A stretch of DNA of 63,464 bases, filler included. It is 3 parts of 3 records of this genome, joined end to end, with 100 filler letters (N's around TTAATTAATTAA, not from the genome) between each part and the next. Parts side by side here need not be neighbours in the genome. Positions count along the whole stretch, not along the records: positions 1 to 31,412 come from SRR20825010_844; 2 more parts are not named here. One strand, 5' to 3'. The notes beneath the pieces were generated by a model, which did not search any database, was not told the origin of the DNA, and was given only the letters and a program-made list of their open reading frames with translations. Positions 8,440 through 17,664 of this stretch are shown piece after piece. The position numbers were made by a program, and so were the translations under genes. Every line of letters begins with the position of its first letter. Position 1 is the stretch's first letter.

Positions 8440-9530
8440 TCGGCGCGCGGCGACGCATAGGCGGGGCGGGGCCTGATAACAGCTGGCCGGGCTTTGTGGA
8501 CGCTTTGTCCACGCTCCTGCTGGTTATCATCTTTCTCCTGTCCATGTTTGTGCTGGCTCAGTTCTTTCTAGGCCAAGCCTTGTCCGGGCGTGATCAGGCG
8601 CTTGCGGAGCTCAGGGGGCAGGTGGCCCAGCTCGGTAATCTTTTGAAGATGGAGCAGCAGGCCAACTCAGCGCTTCGGGAAAGCATGGCTGAGCTATCGG
8701 CCTCGCTTACCTCCGCCAATAAAGACCGGGATAGTCTGTCTGCGTCCCTCGACAGCACCCGTGCGAGCCTGAGCGAAAGCGAAGCCAGGCTTGCAGAGAT
8801 GACGGAGGCTCGGGAGCGCTTCGAGGCTGAAGCCAACCGCCTTCAGGAACAATACGCGTTATCGTCCGGTGAGCTTACCGAGGAGCGCGAAATATCCATG
8901 CGCGCCAGAGCGGAAGTCGCACGCCTGCAGCGGAATATCACCGCGCTTCAGGAACAGCTTGGTCGGCTGGAAGCAGCCCTTCAGGCGAGTGAGGAACGAG
9001 ACCGGCGCAACCAAGCCGTGATCGTGGATATGGGACGCAGGCTGAACCGCGCACTCGCGAGCAAGGTGGAAGAGCTTGCGGGCTACCGGTCAGAATTTTT
9101 TGGCCGCCTCAAGGAAGTTTTATCCTCCCGTCCTGAAATCAGAATAGAGGGTGACCGTTTCGTCTTTGCAAGCGAGCTCTTGTTTGGCTCAGGTAGTGCA
9201 GAGCTTGGCCCTGAAGGCCGCGCGGAAATGCGAAAATTCGCGGAGACTCTCCTCACCATTTCACGAGAAATACCAGCTGAATTGAGCTGGATTTTGCGTG
9301 TTGACGGCCACACAGATGTACGGCCGATCTCAAACGCACAGTTCCGCAATAACTGGGACTTGTCAGCAGCCCGCGCCATCAGCGTCGTGGAGTTCTTGAT
9401 CTCTGCTGGCGTGCCGGCGGAACGTTTGGCGGCTACCGGGTTTGGTGAATTTCAACCCATCGATCCAGCCGAGAATATCTTCGCCTACAGCCGGAACCGA
9501 CGCATTGAGATGCGTTTGACGCAGCGTTAA
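8436..9530 (+). CDS. MotB/ZorB-like protein: TM helix with conserved Asp, long coiled coil, OmpA-like peptidoglycan-binding domain
   Basis: WPGFVDALSTLLLVIIFLL; heptad-rich region; LFGSGSAEL, VDGHTD, NWDLSAARA, GFGEFQP and NRRIE motifs. Confidence 0.88.
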   Translation: MIGARRRIGGAGPDNSWPGFVDALSTLLLVIIFLLSMFVLAQFFLGQALSGRDQALAELRGQVAQLGNLLKMEQQANSALRESMAELSASLTSANKDRDSLSASLDSTRASLSESEARLAEMTEARERFEAEANRLQEQYALSSGELTEEREISMRARAEVARLQRNITALQEQLGRLEAALQASEERDRRNQAVIVDMGRRLNRALASKVEELAGYRSEFFGRLKEVLSSRPEIRIEGDRFVFASELLFGSGSAELGPEGRAEMRKFAETLLTISREIPAELSWILRVDGHTDVRPISNAQFRNNWDLSAARAISVVEFLISAGVPAERLAATGFGEFQPIDPAENIFAYSRNRRIEMRLTQR

Positions 9531-9536
9531 GCGTAG

Positions 9537-10355
9537 TCAGTCGCAGGTGGTTTGTTCATTGAAGCAAGGAGCCAGCTCGGTCGTTACCTTTGCCTGAAGC
9601 TGGGCCATTAAACCTTTGTTGCCTCTGACGTTAGCGATGGCTTGCCAGATGCGGTTGACTGAGGTGTTGTCAAGCTCAACGTTTCTGCCAAAGGCCAGGA
9701 AGTGAGGGGTGGACCATAGAGCGGGTTCATGGATGACAAGAGGTTGCTCGCTTCTTGATACATAATGTATTGCTGCTCCTCTAAGAGCCACGACAGAGGC
9801 GATACGCCTTCGCTCCAGCATCTGAAACAGGCTGCTTTGTTTGGCAACAATTTGCGCCTGCTTGCCAGCCTCGGCGATTGTGCCTGCAGATCGGTAACCT
9901 AGCAGAACCCCCACCGGCTCAGGAAGCGTTGCGACTGAAATGCTGACGGGCGCGGGTGTGTCTGCGTGGGTGATCACGACAAATTCAACATCGCTGAGTG
10001 CCTGCTTTGGTACCAGGGGCGTGATTGCGTCACCTTCCCCCTCATGAGACGGAAACCGAAAAAGAGCACCACGTTCTTCCGTATAGGAAATGCCGACAAT
10101 GCCGTCGAGTTCACCTGCTGCCACTCTGTCCTGGCATCGTTTCCACGGCAGCAGGATCAGTTCATAGTCGAGCCCGATGTCAGCAAAGGCAGCATCGAGT
10201 ATTTGGGTGTGAATGCCCCGCATCACATCATTTTTCATGAAACTATAGGGTGGCCAGAACTCAGTGCTGTTACAGAGCCGAACAGGGGTCGCGAAGGAGG
10301 GGGCTGAGGTGAAAATTGCCAGCAAGCTCGCCAGGAAAAGCTTTTTATAGTTCAA
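9537..10355 (-). CDS. orphan periplasmic solute-binding protein (family 3-like)
   Basis: Signal peptide; WPPYSF, LPWKRC, GELDG and YTEER motifs; AGGAG SD before TTG 10355. Confidence 0.75.
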   Translation of the reverse strand: MNYKKLFLASLLAIFTSAPSFATPVRLCNSTEFWPPYSFMKNDVMRGIHTQILDAAFADIGLDYELILLPWKRCQDRVAAGELDGIVGISYTEERGALFRFPSHEGEGDAITPLVPKQALSDVEFVVITHADTPAPVSISVATLPEPVGVLLGYRSAGTIAEAGKQAQIVAKQSSLFQMLERRRIASVVALRGAAIHYVSRSEQPLVIHEPALWSTPHFLAFGRNVELDNTSVNRIWQAIANVRGNKGLMAQLQAKVTTELAPCFNEQTTCD

Positions 10356-10535
10356 CCGCTTGGCTCCTTTACCGGTTCGCTTGCCTAATTCGTGGCTCAT
10401 TTGAGTGCATGATGACACCAGCTTGTCCAAGGTGATCGATACAGCATCTGTTTTTGTTTATACAGGGTATAGTTGCGATTTCCTTAAGGCGGAGCAAAGA
10501 TATAGTCGCCGTAGGGGCGAAGCGGGGAGAAAAAC

Positions 10536-11564
10536 ATGTTTCTACAATGGGTGCGTGTCGCGTTGAGTTTGGGGATGCTGGGGGGAGCAGTCTGGTCGCC
10601 TCTCCACGCGAATGATATGATAGAAACTATTGCTGGGAAGCTCTCAAGAGGTGACTACGATGGCGTCACCGGGGGAATGGTGAGCGTGGACGGCAAGCTC
10701 CTGTTCGAAGCTTACGTGGGCGGTAATGACGCCGATAAACGCCACGATGTTCGCTCAGCTACTAAAAGCATCACATCGCTACTGATTGGTGAGCTGGTTG
10801 AGGACGGCAGCCTTTCATCTGTGAACGTTAAAGTATCCAAGATACTACCGGATGAATTTGCGCATATGGCGAACGATGACCCGCGCCGGGGTATCCGGAT
10901 CGAGGATATTCTGACCATGCGCACAGGTCTTGCCTGTAACGACTGGGTGCCAGCGTCGCTTGGACAGGAAGATAAGATGTACAAAACCCGTGACTGGGCA
11001 GCATTCCTGCTGAGCCAGCCGCTTGCCCATGAGATTGGCGAACATTTCAGCTATTGCACAGGCGGTGTGGTGTTGCTTGGCCGCGCAATCGAGAAACTCA
11101 GTGGAATGGATGTGCCCTCATTCGCGGAGGAGAGGCTGTTTCGGCCCTTGGGCATAGTGGGTGCCAAGTGGGAGAAGACCCCGACCGGCCACACTGATAC
11201 GGGTGGTCACCTTCGGTTCAGCCTGCCAGACCTTCATAAGTTGGGTGTTTTGATGCTGAACATGGGCCGTGTTGGCGACACGCAGGTTGTGACGGAAGAC
11301 TGGATCAAAGCCTCGACCAAGGAACACACCAATATTCATGAACGGCATGAGAGATACGGATATCTCTGGTGGCTCAACAGCGGTGAAGTGAAGGGCAAGG
11401 CGGTAAGCCTCATTTTTGCGCACGGCAACGGTGGCAATTTCATCTTCATTATGCCAGAGCTGAACCTTGTCGCGGCATTCACTGGGAAAAACTACGGCAA
11501 ACCAACACAGTTCATTCCGATGCAGATTCTGACCAAAGAGATTGTGCCCGCCCTTATCAACTAA
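10536..11564 (+). CDS. serine hydrolase, beta-lactamase/AmpC-like family
   Basis: Signal peptide; SATK (SxxK), LTMRTG, FSYCT, LFRPLG, YGYLWW and AHGNGG motifs. Confidence 0.88.
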   Translation: MFLQWVRVALSLGMLGGAVWSPLHANDMIETIAGKLSRGDYDGVTGGMVSVDGKLLFEAYVGGNDADKRHDVRSATKSITSLLIGELVEDGSLSSVNVKVSKILPDEFAHMANDDPRRGIRIEDILTMRTGLACNDWVPASLGQEDKMYKTRDWAAFLLSQPLAHEIGEHFSYCTGGVVLLGRAIEKLSGMDVPSFAEERLFRPLGIVGAKWEKTPTGHTDTGGHLRFSLPDLHKLGVLMLNMGRVGDTQVVTEDWIKASTKEHTNIHERHERYGYLWWLNSGEVKGKAVSLIFAHGNGGNFIFIMPELNLVAAFTGKNYGKPTQFIPMQILTKEIVPALIN

Positions 11565-13352
11565 CTATACGCCGACACCAAATTGAAGGTCAGCAAGCCG
11601 CTTATAAAGCCCGCCAGCGGCCACAAGCTCGTCATGGGTACCCTCGGCGACAATACGGCCTTCATCGAGCACCACGATGCGGTCTACCTTCTTTACGGTG
11701 GCAAGCCGGTGGGCGATCACAAGCGTGGTGCGCCCTTCCATCAGGTGTTCGAGCGCTTCCTGCACTTTTAGCTCAGATTCGGCGTCTAGTGCGCTGGTCG
11801 CCTCATCTAGCAGCAGAACGGGGGCGTCACGCAAAATGGCACGTGCAATGGCGATACGCTGGCGCTGCCCGCCTGAAAGCCGACTACCGCGCTCGCCAAG
11901 GAAGGTGTCATAACCCTCCGGCGCGCGCTCAATAAATTCTTTTGCTGCCGCAGCCTGAACAGCCCGTTTTACATCGTCGTCCGAAGCGTTCAGGCGGCCA
12001 TAGCGGATGTTCTCTGCGATCGTGTCCGCAAAAATGATGGTGTCTTGCGGCACAAAGGCGAGGTGCGAGCGGAAGTCCTGCGGTTCTGTGGTGGCGATAT
12101 CTATGCCGTCCAGAGTTACGGAGCCCGATTGCGGGTCATAAAACCTGAGCAGCAACTGCAGGACGGTTGACTTGCCCGCGCCGGACGGCCCGACGAGCGC
12201 AACAGTCTCACCCGGTTTGACATGTAGGTTGAAACCGTCAAGTGCGGCTACGTCCTTTTTGCTGGGGTAATAGAACGTTACGTTATCGAAACGAATGTCG
12301 CCATTGATGGCTGCCGGAAGCGCAACAGCGTTGGCGGGCGCCTTGATGGTTGCCTCAGCTGAAAGCAGCTCGGCCAGTCGCCCGGCAGCACCTGCTGCGC
12401 GTTGAAGCTCGCTATAGACCTCGGAAAGGGCACCAAATGCCCCTGCAACAAACACGGCGCGCATAATGAAATCAAGCATCTCGCCGCCGGTCATGCTACC
12501 TGCGATAACGTCTTGCGCGCCTTCATAAAGCACAAGTGCGATGGCGCCGAAGATAAGGAAGATCATGGCGAAGGTTAAACCTGCACGAACCTGTATACGA
12601 CGCTTCGCCGCGACAAAGGCGTCGTCTACATGCTCGCCAAAGCGTCTGGCTTCGGCTTTTTCCTGTGTGAAGGCCTGTACGATATTGAGGGCGGAAAGCG
12701 ATTCGCCCGCGCGGGCGCCCACGTCGGCCACTTTGTCCTGGCTGGTGCGGGACAGGTCGCGCACACGCCTCCCAACCACAATGATGATGCCGAGCAGCAG
12801 CGGGATCACCACAATGATATAGCTCATCAGCTTTGGCGACATGACGAAAAGCCAGATGGTGCCAGCAATAGCGATCAGAAAATTACGCGCCCAGACAGAT
12901 ACGCTGGAGCCGACAATGGTTTGAACAAGCGTTGTATCTGCCGTTAGCCGGGAGACGATCTCACCGGGGCGGTTTTCCTCAAAAAATTCAGGCGACAGGG
13001 TGATTAGGCGCTCATAGACAGCTTTGCGGATGTCAGCCACAACACGCTCGCCCAACCATGTCACAAAATAAAAGCGGCAGGCGGTGGCAACGGCCATCAC
13101 GCTTACAATGCCAACAAATACGAGGAAATAATCGTTCACTTTCTGCGCATTATCTGCCGAAAAGCCTTTGTCCACGATATCGCCAAGGGCGGTGGGGACA
13201 ATGAGGACAGTGAGTGCTGCGATAATGAGAAAGAAGGATGCTAGCACCAGCTGGAGCTTATAGGGCCGGACGAACGACCAGAGCGTACGCAGGTTGGAGA
13301 GTTTACCCTTGGGTGGTTCGTGCTCCTGGCGCACGGCAGAATCAGTCATCAT
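11565..13352 (-). CDS. ABCB/MsbA-like ABC exporter (fused TMD-NBD)
   Basis: Six TM segments; [27 protein letters not shown] and IAHRL motifs. Confidence 0.93.
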   Translation of the reverse strand: MMTDSAVRQEHEPPKGKLSNLRTLWSFVRPYKLQLVLASFFLIIAALTVLIVPTALGDIVDKGFSADNAQKVNDYFLVFVGIVSVMAVATACRFYFVTWLGERVVADIRKAVYERLITLSPEFFEENRPGEIVSRLTADTTLVQTIVGSSVSVWARNFLIAIAGTIWLFVMSPKLMSYIIVVIPLLLGIIIVVGRRVRDLSRTSQDKVADVGARAGESLSALNIVQAFTQEKAEARRFGEHVDDAFVAAKRRIQVRAGLTFAMIFLIFGAIALVLYEGAQDVIAGSMTGGEMLDFIMRAVFVAGAFGALSEVYSELQRAAGAAGRLAELLSAEATIKAPANAVALPAAINGDIRFDNVTFYYPSKKDVAALDGFNLHVKPGETVALVGPSGAGKSTVLQLLLRFYDPQSGSVTLDGIDIATTEPQDFRSHLAFVPQDTIIFADTIAENIRYGRLNASDDDVKRAVQAAAAKEFIERAPEGYDTFLGERGSRLSGGQRQRIAIARAILRDAPVLLLDEATSALDAESELKVQEALEHLMEGRTTLVIAHRLATVKKVDRIVVLDEGRIVAEGTHDELVAAGGLYKRLADLQFGVGV

Positions 13353-13507
13353 TACTTCCCTATGAATTACCCGGCAGATATAGGGCTGCAGAGGCGCCAT
13401 GCCAATCAACGTTTTTGAAAAACTTGCTATTTGCCTGTAATAAGGGGCAGAAGAGCGTCCTCAGGATGGAAAAATCCGGTATTTGTCCAAAAAGCCGAGA
13501 AACAGCC

Positions 13508-13536
13508 TTGCAAAGGGGTGAAACATCCGCTAAACG
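13508..13536 (+). promoter_or_regulatory. sigma70 promoter for rpmE
   Basis: TTGCAA-17 nt-TAAACG; the GCTAAAC -10 lacking the -7 T is the alphaproteobacterial type. Confidence 0.55.
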
Positions 13537-13564
13537 GACGCCTCGTTTTCGGAGATTAAAGACC

Positions 13565-13789
13565 ATGAAACAAGACATTCATCCCGACTACCACACAATC
13601 AAAGTGGTAATGACCGACGGGACGACTTTTGAGACCCGCTCAACTTGGGGCTCGGAGGGCGATACAATGACACTCGAGATTGACCCGAAATCCCACCCGG
13701 CTTGGACCGGTGGCGCCCGCCAGGTACTTGAAGGTGGCCGTGTGGCTCGCTTCAACAAGCGGTTCGGTGGATTTTCTCTTAAGAAGTAA
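13565..13789 (+). CDS. rpmE: 50S ribosomal protein L31 (Cys-free type)
   Basis: [10 protein letters not shown]...HPAWTGG...[10 protein letters not shown]. Confidence 0.96.
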   Translation: MKQDIHPDYHTIKVVMTDGTTFETRSTWGSEGDTMTLEIDPKSHPAWTGGARQVLEGGRVARFNKRFGGFSLKK

Positions 13790-13814
13790 GTCATTCCCGT
13801 ACTTTAGTTTTTCG

Positions 13815-13844
13815 AAAAAGGCGTCCCATTGGGGCGCCTTTTTT
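13815..13844 (+). terminator. terminator after rpmE
   Basis: AAAAAGGCGTCCC/GGGGCGCCTTTTTT. Confidence 0.8.
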
Positions 13845-13855
13845 GCATGTCGCCT

Positions 13856-13884
13856 CTTGCAGAAATTATCTGCCATTCCTACAT
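13856..13884 (+). promoter_or_regulatory. RpoH (sigma32) promoter for ibpA
   Basis: CTTG-N18-CCTACAT, matching the alphaproteobacterial RpoH consensus, upstream of a small heat-shock gene. Confidence 0.7.
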
Positions 13885-13889
13885 GAGAT

Positions 13890-13987
13890 TTGTCCGGTCG
13901 CCGCATAGGTGGGGCCGGGAAATTGAGTTGGCCTGGCAATGGTTGCAGGCCGTTAAATCAGTCGCTTCTGAAGGAGGACATGACATG
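13890..13987 (+). ncRNA. ROSE-type RNA thermometer (cis-regulatory 5'UTR)
   Basis: Three hairpins; in the last, UCGCU (13962-13966) with a bulged G pairs with the GGAGGA SD just before ATG 13985. Confidence 0.75.
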
Positions 13988-14443
13988 AGAACTTTTGACC
14001 TTTCCCCATTAATGCGCAGCAGCGTGGGCTTCGATCACCTGAACAGGTTGCTTGATTCGGCCCTGAATACGGAACAGGCTGCGCCTTATCCCCCATACAA
14101 TATTGAAAAATTGAGCGATGACGACTATCGCGTCACCATGGCTGTGGCCGGTTTTGCACCGGACGAGCTGACGGTGACCGTGCAAGAAGGCACCTTGTTG
14201 ATTGCCGGGAGGGCGGCAGATGATGACAAGGAAAGACGCTTCCTGCACCGCGGCATCGCCAAACGCGCCTTTGAGCGCCGGTTTGAGCTTGCAGACACCA
14301 TTCAGGTTGGTAACGCCAAATTCGAGAACGGCTTATTGCTGGTAGAGTTGAAGCGCGTGATCCCTGATCACAAGAAACCTCGTCAGATTGAGATCCGTAC
14401 GGACGAAAATGCCGTAAAACAGATTGAAGCTGACGCAGCGTAA
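13985..14443 (+). CDS. ibpA: small heat shock protein IbpA/Hsp20
   Basis: RSSVGFD, YPPYNIEK, AVAGF, LHRGIAKRAFERRFELAD and NGLL motifs. Confidence 0.95.
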   Translation: MRTFDLSPLMRSSVGFDHLNRLLDSALNTEQAAPYPPYNIEKLSDDDYRVTMAVAGFAPDELTVTVQEGTLLIAGRAADDDKERRFLHRGIAKRAFERRFELADTIQVGNAKFENGLLLVELKRVIPDHKKPRQIEIRTDENAVKQIEADAA

Positions 14444-14463
14444 CGCGTTTCTCGCTCTTTAAG

Positions 14464-14551
14464 TTTCCTCCACGACCCCTCGCTGTCGTGTACCTCACGT
14501 GAGGACCGGGCCATTCCTCCCCCTGAACCCCGCCCTGTCCTCACGTTTTTT
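14464..14551 (+). ncRNA. candidate 3'UTR sRNA / terminator with anti-SD loop
   Basis: TTCCTCC at 14465 and 14514; 14/15-bp stem (14497-14511 with 14532-14546), 20-nt C-rich loop, then T run. Confidence 0.4.
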
Positions 14552-14574
14552 CACAAGTTGCACTCGTTGCCCTG

Positions 14575-14769
14575 TCAGGTTTTGAAAAAGGCTTGGGCGG
14601 CCTCGCGGCTGGCTTTTTTGGCCTTCATTTCCTTCTGGGTGCGATCAATTTCAGCCTCAAGGCGTTCAATGCGCAGCTCAAGCTCTTCCGCGCTGATGGT
14701 GGACAGGTCTTCCCGCTCCACGGCGGTGAGCGGGCTATCTTTTTTTACTGGCAGGTCATCAAAATCCAT
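14575..14769 (-). CDS. DUF1192 family small coiled-coil protein
   Basis: EDLSTISAEELELRIERLEAEIDR...KKASREAAQAFFK; GGGAG SD. Confidence 0.85.
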   Translation of the reverse strand: MDFDDLPVKKDSPLTAVEREDLSTISAEELELRIERLEAEIDRTQKEMKAKKASREAAQAFFKT

Positions 14770-14873
14770 CGCAGATCTCCCTTTTCGGTCGTTTGTCCAT
14801 GATGCCGAAGAAGCTGGCCCTTGTCACGCATGCCTTAACGCCCCACCTTGAGAGAAAGCGTTAGGAGAGGCAT

Positions 14874-15863
14874 GTGAAAGCTATTGAAATTAAAACACCG
14901 GGTGGACCGGAGGTCCTAACCCTTACCGAACGGGACAGGCCTGAAGCTGGCCCCGGTGAAGTGTTGATCAGGGTTCGTGCAGCGGGCGTTAACAGGCCCG
15001 ATATCGTGCAACGCGAAGGGCGGTATCCACCCCCGCCGGGCGCTTCTGATATCCCGGGCCTTGAGGTTTCTGGTCAGGTTGTTGCCGTTGGAGGGCAGGT
15101 TTCAGGCCTCGCTGTGGGCGATAAAGTATGCGCGCTTGTGCCGGGCGGCGGCTACGCAGAATATTGTGTTGCACCCGCAGCCACAACATTACCGTTACCC
15201 GAAGGGTTTGACTTCATTAAAGGCGCTGCGATTCCGGAGACATTTTTCACTGTGTGGTCCAACCTGTTTGACCGTGCGGCTTTGAAGGCGGGCGAAAGCT
15301 TGTTGGTACATGGGGGCTCGAGCGGTATCGGCTCGACCGCAATCCAGCTGGCTAAGGCCTTTGGCGTGAAAGTTTTCACCACTGTGGGGACGCCGGAGAA
15401 AGCCAAGTTCTGCATAGAATTGGGCGCAGACTGCGCGATCAACTACCGGGAAGAGGACTTTGAAGAGCGCGTGCTGAAAGAAACTGGCGGTGCGGGCGTG
15501 AACGTGGTGCTGGATATGGTGGGCGGTGATTATATCGCCAAAAACATTGCGTGCCTCACACCAGACGGCCGCCATGTTTCCATCGCGTTCCTGACAGGTC
15601 CGCAGGTGAGCCTGAATATGCTGCCGGTGATGCTGAAACGCCTTACCTTGACTGGTAGCACGCTTCGGCCGAGAGATAATGCGTTCAAGGGGGCGATTGC
15701 GAACGCGCTTCGGGATAAGGTTTGGCCGATGATGAAGGTGGGCGGCCCCGCGCCTGTTATCAGTGCGGTATTCCCGCTTGAGAAGGCATCGGATGCCCAC
15801 GCGATGATGGAGGCCAGCACGCATATGGGTAAAATTGTTCTTGAGGTGCCAGAATCAGCCTAA
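14874..15863 (+). CDS. NAD(P)H-quinone oxidoreductase (PIG3/zeta-crystallin family)
   Basis: GGPEVL, GVNRPD, PGLEVSG, PETFFTVW, HGGSSGIG, GSTLRPR and HMGKIVL motifs. Confidence 0.93.
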   Translation: MKAIEIKTPGGPEVLTLTERDRPEAGPGEVLIRVRAAGVNRPDIVQREGRYPPPPGASDIPGLEVSGQVVAVGGQVSGLAVGDKVCALVPGGGYAEYCVAPAATTLPLPEGFDFIKGAAIPETFFTVWSNLFDRAALKAGESLLVHGGSSGIGSTAIQLAKAFGVKVFTTVGTPEKAKFCIELGADCAINYREEDFEERVLKETGGAGVNVVLDMVGGDYIAKNIACLTPDGRHVSIAFLTGPQVSLNMLPVMLKRLTLTGSTLRPRDNAFKGAIANALRDKVWPMMKVGGPAPVISAVFPLEKASDAHAMMEASTHMGKIVLEVPESA

Positions 15864-16049
15864 AAACGTGTATCTGGGCCCGAAACGGCTCATTATTCGC
15901 GGTGACAGGCGCTTTCTGACCTGTTAAAGAGGGGCATGGGAGAAATTCCTCCCGCCCCTTTCAGGAACATTATGATCTTTCCGGGAGGGCAGGTGAACGA
16001 GGCGTTTACCTGGGCGGAGAAGAATTCTGTAATTTGTAGGGATACTGGG

Positions 16050-16679
16050 ATGACACAACCTTTGATGCCGATGGCCACAGCCGTGTGGCTTGTAGACAAT
16101 ACAGCACTGACGTTCAAGCAGATCGCGCTGTTTTGCCAGATGCACGAGCTTGAAGTGCAGGGCATTGCAGATGGCACGGTTGGCACAAATATTGTTGGGC
16201 AAGACCCGACAGCAAGTGGCCAGCTGACCTGGGACGAGATCAACCGCTGCCAGAAAGACGCGAGCGGCGTATTGAAGCTTAGCGTGGATGATGTGAAGGC
16301 AATGCCGCGCACAAAAGGCCCACGCTATACGCCTGTTTCCAAGCGGCAGGACAAGCCGGATGCGATTGCGTGGCTGGTGCGTCACCATCCTGAGCTGAGC
16401 GACCTGCAAATCAGCCGTCTTGTGGGCACCACGAAGCCGACCATCTCGGCTATTCGTGACCGTAGCCACTGGAATATCCAGAACATCAAACCGCAGGATC
16501 CTGTTGGTCTTGGCCTATGCCGCCAAACGGAACTTGACGAAGCGGTTCGCAGCGCTGCAGAGCGCCGTCGTAAAGCGGATGAGAAGGCAGGTATTGTCAG
16601 CGCTGACGAAGCGGTGGAAGAAGATTCCGTCGTGCGGGTTGACCCTCCGGCACCGGAGCCGACAGGCGACGAAAGCTAA
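16050..16679 (+). CDS. trcR: DUF1013 RNA-polymerase-associated cell-cycle regulator TrcR
   Basis: PLMPMATAVWLVDNTALTF, KGPRYTPVSKRQDKPDAIAWL, GTTKPTI and DPVGLGLCRQ motifs. Confidence 0.85.
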   Translation: MTQPLMPMATAVWLVDNTALTFKQIALFCQMHELEVQGIADGTVGTNIVGQDPTASGQLTWDEINRCQKDASGVLKLSVDDVKAMPRTKGPRYTPVSKRQDKPDAIAWLVRHHPELSDLQISRLVGTTKPTISAIRDRSHWNIQNIKPQDPVGLGLCRQTELDEAVRSAAERRRKADEKAGIVSADEAVEEDSVVRVDPPAPEPTGDES

Positions 16680-16704
16680 GGGAAACCAAGGCAATTGCTT
16701 AAAC

Positions 16705-16737
16705 AAAAAGCGCGAGGCATATACCTCGCGCTTTTTT
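16705..16737. terminator. bidirectional terminator
   Basis: Perfect AAAAAGCGCGAGG/CCTCGCGCTTTTT stem between convergent genes. Confidence 0.8.
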
Positions 16738-16754
16738 GTCATCTGGAAATCCGG

Positions 16755-16922
16755 TTAATGCTTAACAAATCGGGACATTTCCTCTTTCAGCCGGAGCTTT
16801 TGTTTTTTAAGCTCCGCGAGCCGTATCGTGTCTGGACACGGTCGATGTTCTTCACGGGCGATGATCTCTTCAATTTCAGCATGTTTGGCGTTGAGTGAAT
16901 TAACATGCGATTCTAGGTTCAT
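16755..16922 (-). CDS. YdcH/DUF465 small protein (55 aa, absent from the ORF track)
   Basis: Manual translation MNLESHVNSLNAKHAEIEEIIAREEHRPCPDTIRLAELKKQKLRLKEEMSRFVKH*; AAGGAG SD. Confidence 0.88.
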   Translation of the reverse strand: MNLESHVNSLNAKHAEIEEIIAREEHRPCPDTIRLAELKKQKLRLKEEMSRFVKH

Positions 16923-16959
16923 ACCCGTCACTCCTTTTCTTTGATAGTTGGACTATACA

Positions 16960-16987
16960 TTTCATCATTCTGTCACGAAGTTGTCAC
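16960..16987. promoter_or_regulatory. OmpR/PhoB-family tandem direct-repeat site
   Basis: TTTCAT, TGTCAC and TGTCAC at 16960, 16971 and 16982 (11-bp period) in the ydcH-ubiX divergent region. Confidence 0.5.
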
Positions 16988-17076
16988 GGAAAAGATTGGC
17001 CTCATCTGACTAAGCCTGTATCTTCGGGCACTTAGCAAAAGCGGATTTTTTAGCCTTTGAAGGATTATTGCGCGGA

Positions 17077-17664
17077 ATGCCTGAGACTCGAACAAACAGA
17101 CTGGTGATCGCGATCACGGGCGCAAGCGGTGCAGCTTATGGTGTCCGTATGCTGGAGCTTTTGAAGCCCGAGGATGTGGAGACCCATCTGGTGATCTCGA
17201 AGGCAGGGGAGCGCACGATTTCCGAAGAGCTAGATAAAACATCCAAAGAAATCAAGGCGCTAGCAGATGTGGTCTATCCGGCAGCAGATATTGGTGCGGC
17301 GATCGCAAGCGGCAGTTTCAAGACCATGGGCATGCTTATTGCGCCGTGTTCGGTGAAAACCATGGGCGAGGTTCGCACCGGGCTTACTTCGTCGCTGATC
17401 AGCCGGGCGGCGGATGTGATGCTGAAAGAACGCCGCAGGCTGGTGCTGATGGTTCGGGAAACACCCTTTCATCTTGGGCACTTACGCACCATGACGGCAC
17501 TGTCTGAAATGGGCGCTATTATCATGCCGCCGATGCCAGCGCTTTATGCAAAACCCAAAACCATTGACGAAATGGTGACTTATACCGCCGTGCGGGCGCT
17601 TGATCTTTTCGGGCTTGATGTCGGTGATATCAACCGTTGGGGCGAGGGGGGTGAAGGGAAATAA
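17077..17664 (+). CDS. ubiX: flavin prenyltransferase UbiX
   Basis: AITGASG, IASGSF, APCSVKT, RAADVMLKERRRLVLMVRETP and LYAKP motifs. Confidence 0.95.
   Translation: MPETRTNRLVIAITGASGAAYGVRMLELLKPEDVETHLVISKAGERTISEELDKTSKEIKALADVVYPAADIGAAIASGSFKTMGMLIAPCSVKTMGEVRTGLTSSLISRAADVMLKERRRLVLMVRETPFHLGHLRTMTALSEMGAIIMPPMPALYAKPKTIDEMVTYTAVRALDLFGLDVGDINRWGEGGEGK

Noticed and set aside
7216-9530. Calling the pair a Zorya defence system or flagellar motAB
   Set aside because: No zorC/D/E-like or flagellar genes are nearby and the position is conserved among housekeeping genes; reported as an orphan motor instead
13238-13564. N-terminal extensions in the ORF track for rpmE, purE (19935), fbaA (1487), ibpA (13829) and trcR (15936)
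   Set aside because: Family homology, SD sites, promoters and terminators all point to the downstream starts
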